Positions 44,953-53,954 of a stretch of 64,000 nt of DNA are shown piece by piece. The DNA is from an uncultured Peptococcaceae bacterium. GTDB lineage: Bacteria; Bacillota; Peptococcia; Peptococcales; Peptococcaceae. A program made the translations under genes and the position numbers. The number at the start of each line of letters is the position of its first letter. Positions within the stretch are counted from its first letter, which is position 1. The DNA lies in contig CABUKW010000003.1 in NCBI GenBank assembly GCA_902492275.1, forward strand, positions 6,756 through 70,755, written 5' to 3'. The notes below the pieces were generated by a model, which worked only from the letters and a program-made list of their open reading frames with translations, was not told where the DNA came from and made no database searches.

Positions 44953-47577
44953 ATGGGGAATAAAAAAGAAAGCAGAGGGAAAACAAGCTTATCAAATATT
45001 TTTCAAATTTACCGCCGTGATTGGAAAAACATTTTGCACAATCCGGTAGCATTGTTGATTGTGGCGGGGCTGTTGGTGTTGCCATCTTTATATGCTTGGG
45101 TCAATTTGGTAGCATGTTGGGATCCATATGGGAATACCAATGGTATTAAAGTAGCCGTGGTCAATTTGGATAAAGGCGTCACGCTGGAGGGCAATGCTAT
45201 CAATGCCGGTGATGAGATTGTGAAAAATTTGCAGGGCAATGATGCCATAGGCTGGCAGTTTGTAGAGGAAGATGACGCCGAATATGGGCTTACCCATGAC
45301 CGCTATTATGCAATGCTGGAAATTCCAGAAGATTTTACGGAGCAGCTTGTCAACGTATTGGATGGCAATTATCAGAAGCCGCAAATTATTTATCGGGTGA
45401 ATGAAAAAAGCAACGCCATTGCGCCCAAAATTACGGATACCGGTGCGAAAACAGTAACCAACGAGGTCAGCAAAGCCATTTTAGAAGTGGTGGATAAGGT
45501 TGTGTTCTCTATGGGCAATGATATGGGACAAGGCTTAGAGAGCAACGAGAGCAAAATTAAGCGATTGCGGGATATTGTGCTGACAGTGAATGACAATTTT
45601 AATGAATTGGAAGCGGAGTTGGAAAAGGCGCAGGAAGGGCTTGCAACCGTAGAGGAATTGTTGGCGACTGCCAATGAATCAATACCGTTAATGGAGGATG
45701 GCATTGGTCAACTGCAGGATTTTTCGGCTCAGAGCGATAGTCTGTTAGGCGATGCGGAGCAATTTCGGACCGACGGCGTGGCCTATATTGGCGATAAATT
45801 TGGCCAGTGTCAGCAATTGGTGGATGAAACGCAGGCATTATTGCAGGAAACGCGAACAAAGCTGAACAGCACAGTGGATTTGGTGCGGGAAATACCGCCG
45901 TTGCTGGAAAAGGCAGAGGCTTTGCAAGCTGCGTTAGAGGAGGTATTGCAGTGGCTGGAACAGCAGGATATTCAGGAGCCGGATTATGAAAAATGGCTGC
46001 AGCTATTGCAAGCAGCAGAGAGTGCTGCCGAAAAGCTGGTGGACGTATTGCAGCGGTTAGAGCAAAATCCAGAGCAGGTGCGGCAGGTGATTGTTGTTAT
46101 GTATGATACAGCGGATGCAGCACTGCAGAAGCAGGAAAGGGCTTTGAAGTTGGTGGAGACAGAATTGCAGGCTTTGCTGGGGGCAGCGCAGACCGAAGAA
46201 GCAAAAGCGTTTTTAACACAAAAAATAGAGCAAACCCAACAGGCGCAGGCAGCGTTACAGACAACGATTGCAGATAACCAGAGCAAGCGGGAGGCAGTGG
46301 CTGCGATGGCGCCGGAAGAGGTTGCGGCTAAAATGGACTCGATTGTGCAGGAGGTAACGCAGGCGCAAGCTAAAGTGCGGGCGGTGGAAGCTCTGGTACA
46401 GAAGCTGCAAAATTCAGGCATCCGTGTGGAAACGATTTTGCAGGATTTGCGCGATGTAGATTCTATTTTGGGCAGAGGCATTGAGCAGGTACGTTCGTTG
46501 TTGGAAACAGCCGATAAGGCATTTGTACTGTCGGATGAAATTTTAGATACTGCTGAGGCAACTTTAGATGAAATTGAGCGGGCTATGCAGGAGATTACGG
46601 CGCAATATGAAAATCGTTGGGCCGATATGCTGGATGGAATGTTTGCCGATTTATATCAAACTTTAGATGATTTGAATGAAGCTTTGGAGCGGGCCGATGG
46701 CGCTGTTCCTAAAATCAGTGAGTTGCTGCAGCAGGCCGGCGATACAGAAACAAAGGGTGCAGATTTGCTAGCCCAGTTGAACCGTGCTGTTCCGGAGGCG
46801 AAAGCGGAGTTGGCGCGGCTCAGTCAAATTATGAATAAGTTCAGCGATAGCAATTTGGACACGTTGATCAGTTTATTGGAAAATGATACCGACGCAGCAG
46901 CCGATTATTTCTCCGGTCCGGTAGAGCTAAAAGAAGAAAGGCTGTATCACATGGACAATTACGGAACAGCTATGGCACCGTTTTATACGATTTTGTCCTT
47001 GTGGGTGGGGTGCTTGTTGTTAAGTGCTGTGCTTACCACGGAAGCCAAGCCGGTTGAAGCAGAACGGGCGAATACAATGATGGAAGAATATTTCGGCAAG
47101 ATGCTGACGTTTTTGACGATAGGGATTGGTCAGTCCTTGATTGTTGCTTTGGGCGATAAATTCATATTGGGTGTGACGGTTGTCGATTTGCCATTGTTTT
47201 TAGGTGTCAGCGTTTTTGCTTCTATCATATTTATGCTGATAGTTTACAGCTTGGTGTCCATTTTAGGTGTGGTAGGCAAAGCGGCCTGTGTTATTTTGTT
47301 GGTATTCCAGATTGCTGGTGCAGGCGGGACGTTCCCGGTGGAAGTGATGCCGGAGTTTTACCAGATTATTCAGCCGTATCTGCCGTTTACTTATGCCATT
47401 GGCGCTATGCGGGAAGCTGTCGCAGGACCGGCGGCAGAAAGCCTGTGGTACGATTTCTGGCATCTATTAATTTTTGGAGCTATGGGGCTGGCAATTGGAA
47501 TGTTGCTGAAAAAGCCGCTGCATCCGTTGATGGAATGGTTTAACCGGAAGTTTAAAGAGAGCGGTATTAGTGAATAA
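44953..47577 (+). CDS. YhgE/Pip-domain membrane protein (phage-infection-protein family)
   Basis: 874 aa; N-terminal TM segment, long Q/E/A/L coiled-coil centre, C-terminal ABC-2-like 5-TM bundle. Confidence 0.8.
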   Translation: MGNKKESRGKTSLSNIFQIYRRDWKNILHNPVALLIVAGLLVLPSLYAWVNLVACWDPYGNTNGIKVAVVNLDKGVTLEGNAINAGDEIVKNLQGNDAIGWQFVEEDDAEYGLTHDRYYAMLEIPEDFTEQLVNVLDGNYQKPQIIYRVNEKSNAIAPKITDTGAKTVTNEVSKAILEVVDKVVFSMGNDMGQGLESNESKIKRLRDIVLTVNDNFNELEAELEKAQEGLATVEELLATANESIPLMEDGIGQLQDFSAQSDSLLGDAEQFRTDGVAYIGDKFGQCQQLVDETQALLQETRTKLNSTVDLVREIPPLLEKAEALQAALEEVLQWLEQQDIQEPDYEKWLQLLQAAESAAEKLVDVLQRLEQNPEQVRQVIVVMYDTADAALQKQERALKLVETELQALLGAAQTEEAKAFLTQKIEQTQQAQAALQTTIADNQSKREAVAAMAPEEVAAKMDSIVQEVTQAQAKVRAVEALVQKLQNSGIRVETILQDLRDVDSILGRGIEQVRSLLETADKAFVLSDEILDTAEATLDEIERAMQEITAQYENRWADMLDGMFADLYQTLDDLNEALERADGAVPKISELLQQAGDTETKGADLLAQLNRAVPEAKAELARLSQIMNKFSDSNLDTLISLLENDTDAAADYFSGPVELKEERLYHMDNYGTAMAPFYTILSLWVGCLLLSAVLTTEAKPVEAERANTMMEEYFGKMLTFLTIGIGQSLIVALGDKFILGVTVVDLPLFLGVSVFASIIFMLIVYSLVSILGVVGKAACVILLVFQIAGAGGTFPVEVMPEFYQIIQPYLPFTYAIGAMREAVAGPAAESLWYDFWHLLIFGAMGLAIGMLLKKPLHPLMEWFNRKFKESGISE

Positions 47578-47585
47578 GCACAGAG

Positions 47586-47845
47586 TTATCCACTGACTGT
47601 GGATAACTCTGTGGATAATCCCTGAATATCGGTGAAAAAATTGTGAGTTTTTTGTTTGGTTGTCAGGAAAATAGAAGCGATGATTTCAAAAAAGTAAGTA
47701 GTCTAAATGATACCTTTCGCGGAAAATAATGAAAAGGAAGTCCGAAAACAAGCCTGTCTTCGGACTTCCTTTTTATTTTTCCAGCAAGAAAAAATCATCC
47801 ACCAATATCCACATTCTGCATAGATTTATGCACAAGTGTGGAGAA
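47586..47845. promoter_or_regulatory. DnaA-box cluster
   Basis: TTATCCACt 47586-47594; perfect TGTGGATAA at 47598-47606 and 47610-47618; one-mismatch boxes at 47805-47813 (aTATCCACA) and 47837-47845 (TGTGGAgAA). Confidence 0.6.
47735..47780. terminator. Bidirectional intrinsic terminator
   Basis: aggaagtccgaa-loop-ttcggacttcct followed by ttttattttt; A-rich on the other side. Confidence 0.8.
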
Positions 47846-47853
47846 ATACTTCT

Positions 47854-48279
47854 TTATTGCGGTTTTCGCTTATAAAAAGTGGTCATACCGCCGATATCGT
47901 GTACATCGGTAAACCCATGGGCGTAAAGCAGCTTTGTAGCCTGTTTGCTGCGAGTGCCGCTTTGACAATAAATTAAAATAGTTTTGTTGCGGTTGCCTAA
48001 AGTCTGGACCGCTTTCTTTTCTAAATCGTTTAACGGCAGATTGATGCTGTTAGGCAGATGACTGTAGGCAAATTCATCGGGTGTGCGCACGTCCAATAAA
48101 GTTACTTTGCGGTTCCCCAGCAGCAGCGACCAGCCATCTGCCGGAGATAGAGAGCGATAAAGCACTTTTCCGTTTTTTTTCTTTTCGGCTGTTTGAAGCG
48201 GACGGCTGCTGCGCCAGCCAGTGAATAATAAAACGACAATGACGACCGCGAGAATGGGAATCCAATGTGAGAGTTCCAT
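47854..48279 (-). CDS. Membrane-anchored rhodanese-domain protein
   Basis: 141 aa; LLDVRTPDEFAYSHLPNSINLPL..., active-site loop YCQSGTRS. Confidence 0.8.
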   Translation of the reverse strand: MELSHWIPILAVVIVVLLFTGWRSSRPLQTAEKKKNGKVLYRSLSPADGWSLLLGNRKVTLLDVRTPDEFAYSHLPNSINLPLNDLEKKAVQTLGNRNKTILIYCQSGTRSKQATKLLYAHGFTDVHDIGGMTTFYKRKPQ

Positions 48280-48424
48280 GAAATCAACTCCGTTTGCAGA
48301 AATGTGGTTTTGTATTATGATGTACTATGCCACAGGAAAAATTTTTTGTCAAATTTTTTGAGTGATTTTTTAAAAAATAACGAATGTATATAATGAAAGA
48401 TGTTTTAAGGGGGGAATGAGATTG

Positions 48425-48982
48425 ATGCAGAGCGAGGAACAGCAACTTTTGCAGCTGCTGTTGGAAAATCCAGAGCAAGGCTTGGCGAAAGCCATGAACC
48501 GATACGGTAAAACGGTGCATTGGATTGTGCTTAAAATATTGGGCGACGATGGGCGTTTAGAGGTCGAAGAATGCACAGCAGATGTATTTGTGCGATTGTG
48601 GCAAAGCGCTGCGCGGTTTGATGGGACGCAGGGGACGTCGTTGGCTTCCTGGCTGTATGGAATTACCCGGCATACGGCGTTGGATTACCGCCGCAGACAG
48701 CGTGGAATAAAGGCTTTGCCGCTAGAAGAAACAGATTTGAAGCTGGAGCTTAATTTGGAAGACATGTTAGCCCGTACACGCAACGAAGAGATTTTGCGCA
48801 CTGTGATAGATGCTTTGCCAACACCGGAACGGGAGATTTTTATCTATCGTTACTTTTTGGAAATGTCTGTTAAGGAGATTGCTGCTCAACTCAATTTGTC
48901 AGTAAAGCAGGTAGAAAATAAATTATACCGCGGGCGGTTATCGCTACGGCGGCAATTGCTGGAGAAAGGGGTAGTTCGATGA
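48425..48982 (+). CDS. ECF-type RNA polymerase sigma-70 factor
   Basis: Region 2 (FVRLWQSAARFDG...SWLYGITRHTALDYRR) and region 4 (REIFIYRYFLEMSVKEIAAQLNLSVKQVENKLYRGR). Confidence 0.85.
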   Translation: MQSEEQQLLQLLLENPEQGLAKAMNRYGKTVHWIVLKILGDDGRLEVEECTADVFVRLWQSAARFDGTQGTSLASWLYGITRHTALDYRRRQRGIKALPLEETDLKLELNLEDMLARTRNEEILRTVIDALPTPEREIFIYRYFLEMSVKEIAAQLNLSVKQVENKLYRGRLSLRRQLLEKGVVR

Positions 48983-50073
48983 GCCGTATAGAAGAATTGA
49001 TGGATTTGCCTGTAGAGCCGGAAATTTTAGAGCAGATGGCTGAAACTACGTACTTGGATAGAGAAACACAAGAACGAATTCAGAAGCTGGCTCTGCGCAA
49101 AATAAGCAGTCTACAGGGTCAAGCAAATCGAAGCGTAACGGCTATAATCACGCCGATAGACACCACACAAGAAAAAGAACAGACTGGAAAACCTAAAAAA
49201 CAACGCCAAAAAAGAAAGGCAGAACGCTTTCTGGCACTGCTGGCTATCTGCGCTCTGCTGGTGTCATTGGGCACTGCTGCGATGGCCACCTTGTCTACCG
49301 ATAGCCGGCTATTGAAGGTGCTGCATGCCGACAGTGAGTCGCAAATTGCGCAGCTTGATGAGATGGGGACACCCATTCAGCAATATGCCAAAGCCGATGG
49401 ATATACCGTAACAGTGCAGGAAGCCATCAGCGATCGATACAATACCTGGGTTCTGATTGATGTGGAAGGCCCTGAAGATGTGACACTGGATGAAAACTGC
49501 GTATTCTTTAAAAATATAAACATTCAAATGGAACACAGAAGCAGTCATGGCTATACCGTTTATCCATTGTCAGATGAAAATCCCAATGACAATAAGTTAA
49601 GCTTCATTTTAGATTTTTCTGCGCGTAAAAAGCTGGCGGGACAAAAACTTACCTTACAGTTAGGTCTGCTGTTAGAGAATGAACTGAACGAGGCGTTAGA
49701 GATAACCGGAGAACGATTATTGGCGGAAGGTCCATGGGAATTTTGGTTTGAGCTACCAAGGCAGGACACCACAGTAACCATGTGGCAGTGGAAAAGGCTG
49801 CACTATCGAGAGGAAAGTTTTTTGCTGCAAAAAATAGAGGTGTCGCCGTTGAGTATTGTTTTCCAGGAGACAAAGTTAAGTGCAGCCGTGTATCTGCGGT
49901 TAAGTAAAGAGGCTGTATACGTATACTTAAAAGATGGGACCCAACTGACCTTGAACAGTAACAGCGGCGGCAGCGGCGGATTGGGAATGCAATATCAATA
50001 TGACTTTCCGTTTCCTTTGGATTTGTCAGAAATCGACAAGATTGTGTACTGCGGTACAGAACTGAATTGGTAA
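48979..50073 (+). CDS. Anti-sigma factor-like membrane protein (DUF4179-type)
   Basis: 364 aa; start overlaps the sigma gene stop; single TM segment (FLALLAICALLVSLG) then a beta-rich extracytoplasmic domain. Confidence 0.65.
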   Translation: MSRIEELMDLPVEPEILEQMAETTYLDRETQERIQKLALRKISSLQGQANRSVTAIITPIDTTQEKEQTGKPKKQRQKRKAERFLALLAICALLVSLGTAAMATLSTDSRLLKVLHADSESQIAQLDEMGTPIQQYAKADGYTVTVQEAISDRYNTWVLIDVEGPEDVTLDENCVFFKNINIQMEHRSSHGYTVYPLSDENPNDNKLSFILDFSARKKLAGQKLTLQLGLLLENELNEALEITGERLLAEGPWEFWFELPRQDTTVTMWQWKRLHYREESFLLQKIEVSPLSIVFQETKLSAAVYLRLSKEAVYVYLKDGTQLTLNSNSGGSGGLGMQYQYDFPFPLDLSEIDKIVYCGTELNW

Positions 50074-50600
50074 GACCGCTTTGGTCCTTGTTTCAAAGTA
50101 TTTATCTGGGAGCCATTGTAGATACAGCGTGTTTCGTTGTCAACAATGGTTCCTCTTTTTAGTCAATGGTGTGCAGTTTGTACAGAAAACAATCATGTGA
50201 TAATCCTGCAACTCTTTCTGTCAAGTCTTTATGAACATTTTTTCAATAAAAATATTTATGCAATCCCATTTACCTTCCTCTTTTTGCTGGCTTTTTTGAC
50301 GGCATTATTTTTTGATGGGCATAAATTTTTCTTGCGTTGCCTTTTGAACCAGCCTCAGCAAATTTATGAAGCCAGTTTGTTTTTACATCTGCTCAGTTTA
50401 TTTTAGAGTCATGTTTTGAATTTTTGTTTACATGAAAAAATATTTTTTATTTTTTAAATTTTAGTTATCGGAATTTCTAGTGTCAGTCATCATTTTTTTA
50501 TATAATATTAGGAAAAGTTTCATGTTTTTTATTTGGAATAACTGTAGTATAATAGAAACATAAACAAAGCATTAATATAAAACAGAAAGGATTTCCGTGA

Positions 50601-50972
50601 ATGAATTGTCTGGCAGTTGGTATTGGTGGTTTTATTGGTGCAATCGGTAGATATTTACTGAGCTTCGTTTCAGGATATTATTTTCTGGAGTTTCCTTTCG
50701 GCACCATGCTCATTAATTTCACTGGAGCATTTTGTATCGGTTTTCTTGCAGGAATTATACCGCTTGGTGTACTGTCGGAACAACAGCAGCTTTTCTTTAA
50801 AACAGGCTTCTGCGGCGGTTTTACCACTTTTTCAACGTTTTCACTGGAGACATTACAGCTATTGGAACAGCGGCATTTTTTCTTGGCAGGCAGCTATGCT
50901 TGCGGCAGTGTGCTGCTGTGTTTAGGCGGCGTTTGGACTGGGAAAACATTGGCGGGAATGATGTGTTCATAA
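50601..50972 (+). CDS. crcB: Fluoride ion channel CrcB/FEX
   Basis: 123 aa, 4 TM segments; GGFIGAIGRY and CGGFTTFSTFSLE motifs. Confidence 0.85.
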   Translation: MNCLAVGIGGFIGAIGRYLLSFVSGYYFLEFPFGTMLINFTGAFCIGFLAGIIPLGVLSEQQQLFFKTGFCGGFTTFSTFSLETLQLLEQRHFFLAGSYACGSVLLCLGGVWTGKTLAGMMCS

Positions 50973-51252
50973 ATTTATTCTTGGCTATCATCATTCATTA
51001 ATGGACATATCAATTTTGGGGGGCGGTGCTCAGCAAAAATAGCGGGCCAAAAGTTTGACGGTTTAAAAATCTCTCCACTGTATGCAAAATACTGCGCACA
51101 TTGCCAAAAAATAAATGTTTTTGTGGTGCAAGGGAAAGGTTATAATAAAACGTACAGACTAACATAAACATAGTTTCATAGTATTTATGATAATAATTCG
51201 TATACCGGTGATGGATATATGTCGATGGCAGATGGACGCTGCAAACGCGCAT

Positions 51253-51368
51253 TTTTGGGTAAAAATACGTTTAAGTGAAAAAATGTACGAAAATTTCGAC
51301 AACAATTATTGATAAGATTTATTGTAAAATGCATATAAAACGCTTTCATTTTGGGTAAAAATGCGTTT
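51253..51368. repeat. Two copies of a 20-nt direct repeat upstream of the hydrogenase operon
   Basis: ttttgggtaaaaatacgttt (51253-51272) and ttttgggtaaaaatgcgttt (51349-51368); 19/20 identical, 96 bp apart. Confidence 0.7.
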
Positions 51369-51530
51369 TAATAGATATATGAGGCTTTATAAATAGTTTG
51401 CTTATGTTCTGACATTTTGCAGATATTTAAGAATTTCACAAGCTCACGAAGTTTGTAGCTGGTTTAGAAGTTCAGAATATAATCGACTATTGTTAGTTTT
51501 AAATATTTTAATTTAAGGGAGGACAAGAAT

Positions 51531-52031
51531 ATGGCTTGTACATGTGGCGGACACAATGAAGCATTATTTGCACAGCTTGACAAAGTGATTGAGCAGCATA
51601 AAGACCAAAGAGGCAGCTTAATCAGCGTACTGCATAAAGCACAGGGGATTTTCGGCTACTTGCCTGAAGAAGTCCAGGCTTATATTGCAGAAAAAATGGA
51701 TATTCCTTTGAGTGAAATTTATGGGGTAGTAACTTTCTACGCATTATTCACAATGAACAAAAAAGGGAAATATACATTCAATGTCTGTCTTGGAACAGCT
51801 TGTTATGTAAAAGGTTCCGGCAAGCTGTTGGAAAAACTGCAGGAAGAACTGGGTATTGGCGTTGGTGAAACAACGGAAGACGGTTTGTTCAGCATCGAGT
51901 GCTGTCGCTGCGTAGGGGCCTGCGGTTTGGCTCCTGTTTTGACAATTAACGATAAAGTGCATGGACATCTGGTTCCAGAAGATATCCCAAGCTTAATTGC
52001 TGAAATCAAAGCAGCAGAAGAACAGAACTAG
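51531..52031 (+). CDS. NuoE-like [2Fe-2S] subunit of a multimeric [FeFe]-hydrogenase (HydC/HndA type)
   Basis: 166 aa; thioredoxin-like [2Fe-2S] cysteines (VCLGTAC...CCRCVGACGLAP). Confidence 0.85.
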   Translation: MACTCGGHNEALFAQLDKVIEQHKDQRGSLISVLHKAQGIFGYLPEEVQAYIAEKMDIPLSEIYGVVTFYALFTMNKKGKYTFNVCLGTACYVKGSGKLLEKLQEELGIGVGETTEDGLFSIECCRCVGACGLAPVLTINDKVHGHLVPEDIPSLIAEIKAAEEQN

Positions 52032-52044
52032 GAGGTGTGGAAGA

Positions 52045-53931
52045 ATGAATAAAATTACAAGTTTTGAAGAATTAAAAGCTTTACAGGAAGCCGAACGTGC
52101 AAAAATTGTTGTACGTGATGGTCAGGCGCCAAACCCTGCCAATCTGGCAAAGCATCATGTTTTGATTTGCGCTGGTACTGGTTGCAGCTCCTCCAACAGT
52201 AACGAAGTAAGAGAAGCTTTGGAAAAACAGTTGGTGGAAGCTGGTTTAGACACAGAAATTGATGTAGTAAGAACCGGTTGCTTTGGTTTCTGTAGCTTAG
52301 GACCAATCATGGTAATTTATCCGGAAGGTACTTTCTATCATCATGTAAAAGTAGAAGATGTGCCAGAAATTATTGAAACCCACTTAAAAGGTGGTCAGTT
52401 GGTAGATCGTCTGTTATATGATATTCCTGGTCAAAACAAAAAAGCTACGGATATGAGCCATATCCCATTCTTCCAGAAACAGCACCGTGTTGCTTTGCGT
52501 AATTGCGGTACTATTGATCCGGAAAATATCAATGAAGCAATTGCCCATAACGCATATCAGGGCTTAGGAAACGCGTTAACCACTATGACACCGGCTGAAG
52601 TGATTGCAGAAGTAGAAAAATCCGGTATTCGTGGCCGTGGTGGCGCTGGTTTCCCAACCGGCAAGAAGTGGAAATTTGCAGCAGGATATCAATCCCCTGA
52701 AAAATATGTAGTTGTAAATGCCGATGAAGGTGATCCAGGTGCATTTATGGACCGTTCCGTTCTGGAAGGCGATCCACACAGCATTTTGGAAGCTATGGCC
52801 ATTGGCGGTTATGCAATTGGCGCACATCATGGTTTTATCTATGTACGTGCCGAATATCCGATTGCCGTACATCGTTTGGAAATTGCCATTGCACAGGCTC
52901 GTGAAGCTGGTTTGTTAGGCCAGAATATCATGGGTAGCGGCTTTGACTTTGATGTTGACATCCGTTTAGGCGCAGGCGCATTTGTTTGTGGGGAAGAAAC
53001 AGCACTGCTGACCTCTGTAGAAGGGAAACGCGGCGAACCAAGACCAAGACCTCCATTCCCGGCTGAAAAAGGTCTGTGGGGCGTACCAACTTTCGTAAAC
53101 AACGTAGAGACCCTGGCCAATATTCCGGTTATCTTTACCAAAGGCGGAGACTGGTTTGCCTCCATCGGTACCGCTGGTTCCAAAGGTACCAAAGTATTCG
53201 CAATGGCTGGTAAAGTAAATAATATCGGTCTGGTTGAAGTACCAATGGGTACGACTTTAAGAGAAATGATTTATGATATCGGCGGCGGTATTCCAAATGG
53301 TAAAGCCTTTAAAGCCGCTCAGACCGGTGGCCCTTCTGGCGGTTGTCTGCCAGCAAGTGCATTGGATACTGAAATTGACTTTGATACCTTAGTGGCGGCT
53401 GGTTCCATGATGGGTTCCGGTGGTTTGATTGTTTTAGATGAAACCACTTGTATGGTAGATATCGCAAAATTCTATCTGGAATTTACTCAGGATGAATCCT
53501 GCGGGAAATGTCCACCTTGCCGTATCGGTACCAAGAGAATGCTGGAAATTTTAGATAAAATCACCCGTGGCGAAGGTACCATGGAAGATATTGATAATCT
53601 GGAAACTTTGGCACGCACGATCAGTAGTTCTGCATTGTGCGCATTGGGTCAGACAGCTCCAAACCCGATTCTGGCTACGCTGAAATTCTTCCGGGATGAA
53701 TATGAAGCGCATATTGTTGACAAAACTTGTCCAGCACATGTATGTAAGAAGTTGTTGCGTTATCAGATTGATCCAGAAAAATGTAAAGGATGTACTGCTT
53801 GCGCCCGTAACTGCCCAGTGGAAGCAATTAACGGCAGCGTAAGAGAACCGCACAGCATTGATCAAGAAAAATGTATCAAGTGCGGTACCTGTATTGAAAA
53901 ATGTAGATTCGGCGCAATCTCCAGAGCGTAA
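52045..53931 (+). CDS. NuoF-like NAD(P)H/FMN/Fe-S subunit of [FeFe]-hydrogenase (HydB/HndC type)
   Basis: GRGGAGFPTGKKW, SCGKCPPCR, C-terminal 2x[4Fe-4S] ferredoxin motifs; ATG at 52045 after GGAGGTG. Confidence 0.9.
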   Translation: MNKITSFEELKALQEAERAKIVVRDGQAPNPANLAKHHVLICAGTGCSSSNSNEVREALEKQLVEAGLDTEIDVVRTGCFGFCSLGPIMVIYPEGTFYHHVKVEDVPEIIETHLKGGQLVDRLLYDIPGQNKKATDMSHIPFFQKQHRVALRNCGTIDPENINEAIAHNAYQGLGNALTTMTPAEVIAEVEKSGIRGRGGAGFPTGKKWKFAAGYQSPEKYVVVNADEGDPGAFMDRSVLEGDPHSILEAMAIGGYAIGAHHGFIYVRAEYPIAVHRLEIAIAQAREAGLLGQNIMGSGFDFDVDIRLGAGAFVCGEETALLTSVEGKRGEPRPRPPFPAEKGLWGVPTFVNNVETLANIPVIFTKGGDWFASIGTAGSKGTKVFAMAGKVNNIGLVEVPMGTTLREMIYDIGGGIPNGKAFKAAQTGGPSGGCLPASALDTEIDFDTLVAAGSMMGSGGLIVLDETTCMVDIAKFYLEFTQDESCGKCPPCRIGTKRMLEILDKITRGEGTMEDIDNLETLARTISSSALCALGQTAPNPILATLKFFRDEYEAHIVDKTCPAHVCKKLLRYQIDPEKCKGCTACARNCPVEAINGSVREPHSIDQEKCIKCGTCIEKCRFGAISRA

Positions 53932-53954
53932 TAGAAGGGGTGATTTTTGTGGAA

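Noticed and set aside
47578-47853. The DnaA-box cluster might have been the replication origin oriC.
   Set aside because: No dnaA/dnaN is adjacent, and coding-strand bias does not switch around it (genes are mostly + on both sides). A terminator sits in the middle. An auxiliary DnaA-box cluster or regulatory site is more plausible.
50407-50600. A fluoride riboswitch was expected upstream of crcB.
   Set aside because: I could not find the conserved crcB-motif core (GGnGAUGG...CCGCC...CUGAUGA-type segments). The leader is simply AT-rich with -10-like boxes.
51421-51450. A Rex-box-like half-site (atttcacaa) upstream of the hydrogenase operon.
   Set aside because: Only one half of the TTGTGAA-n-TTCACAA dyad is present; the left half does not match.
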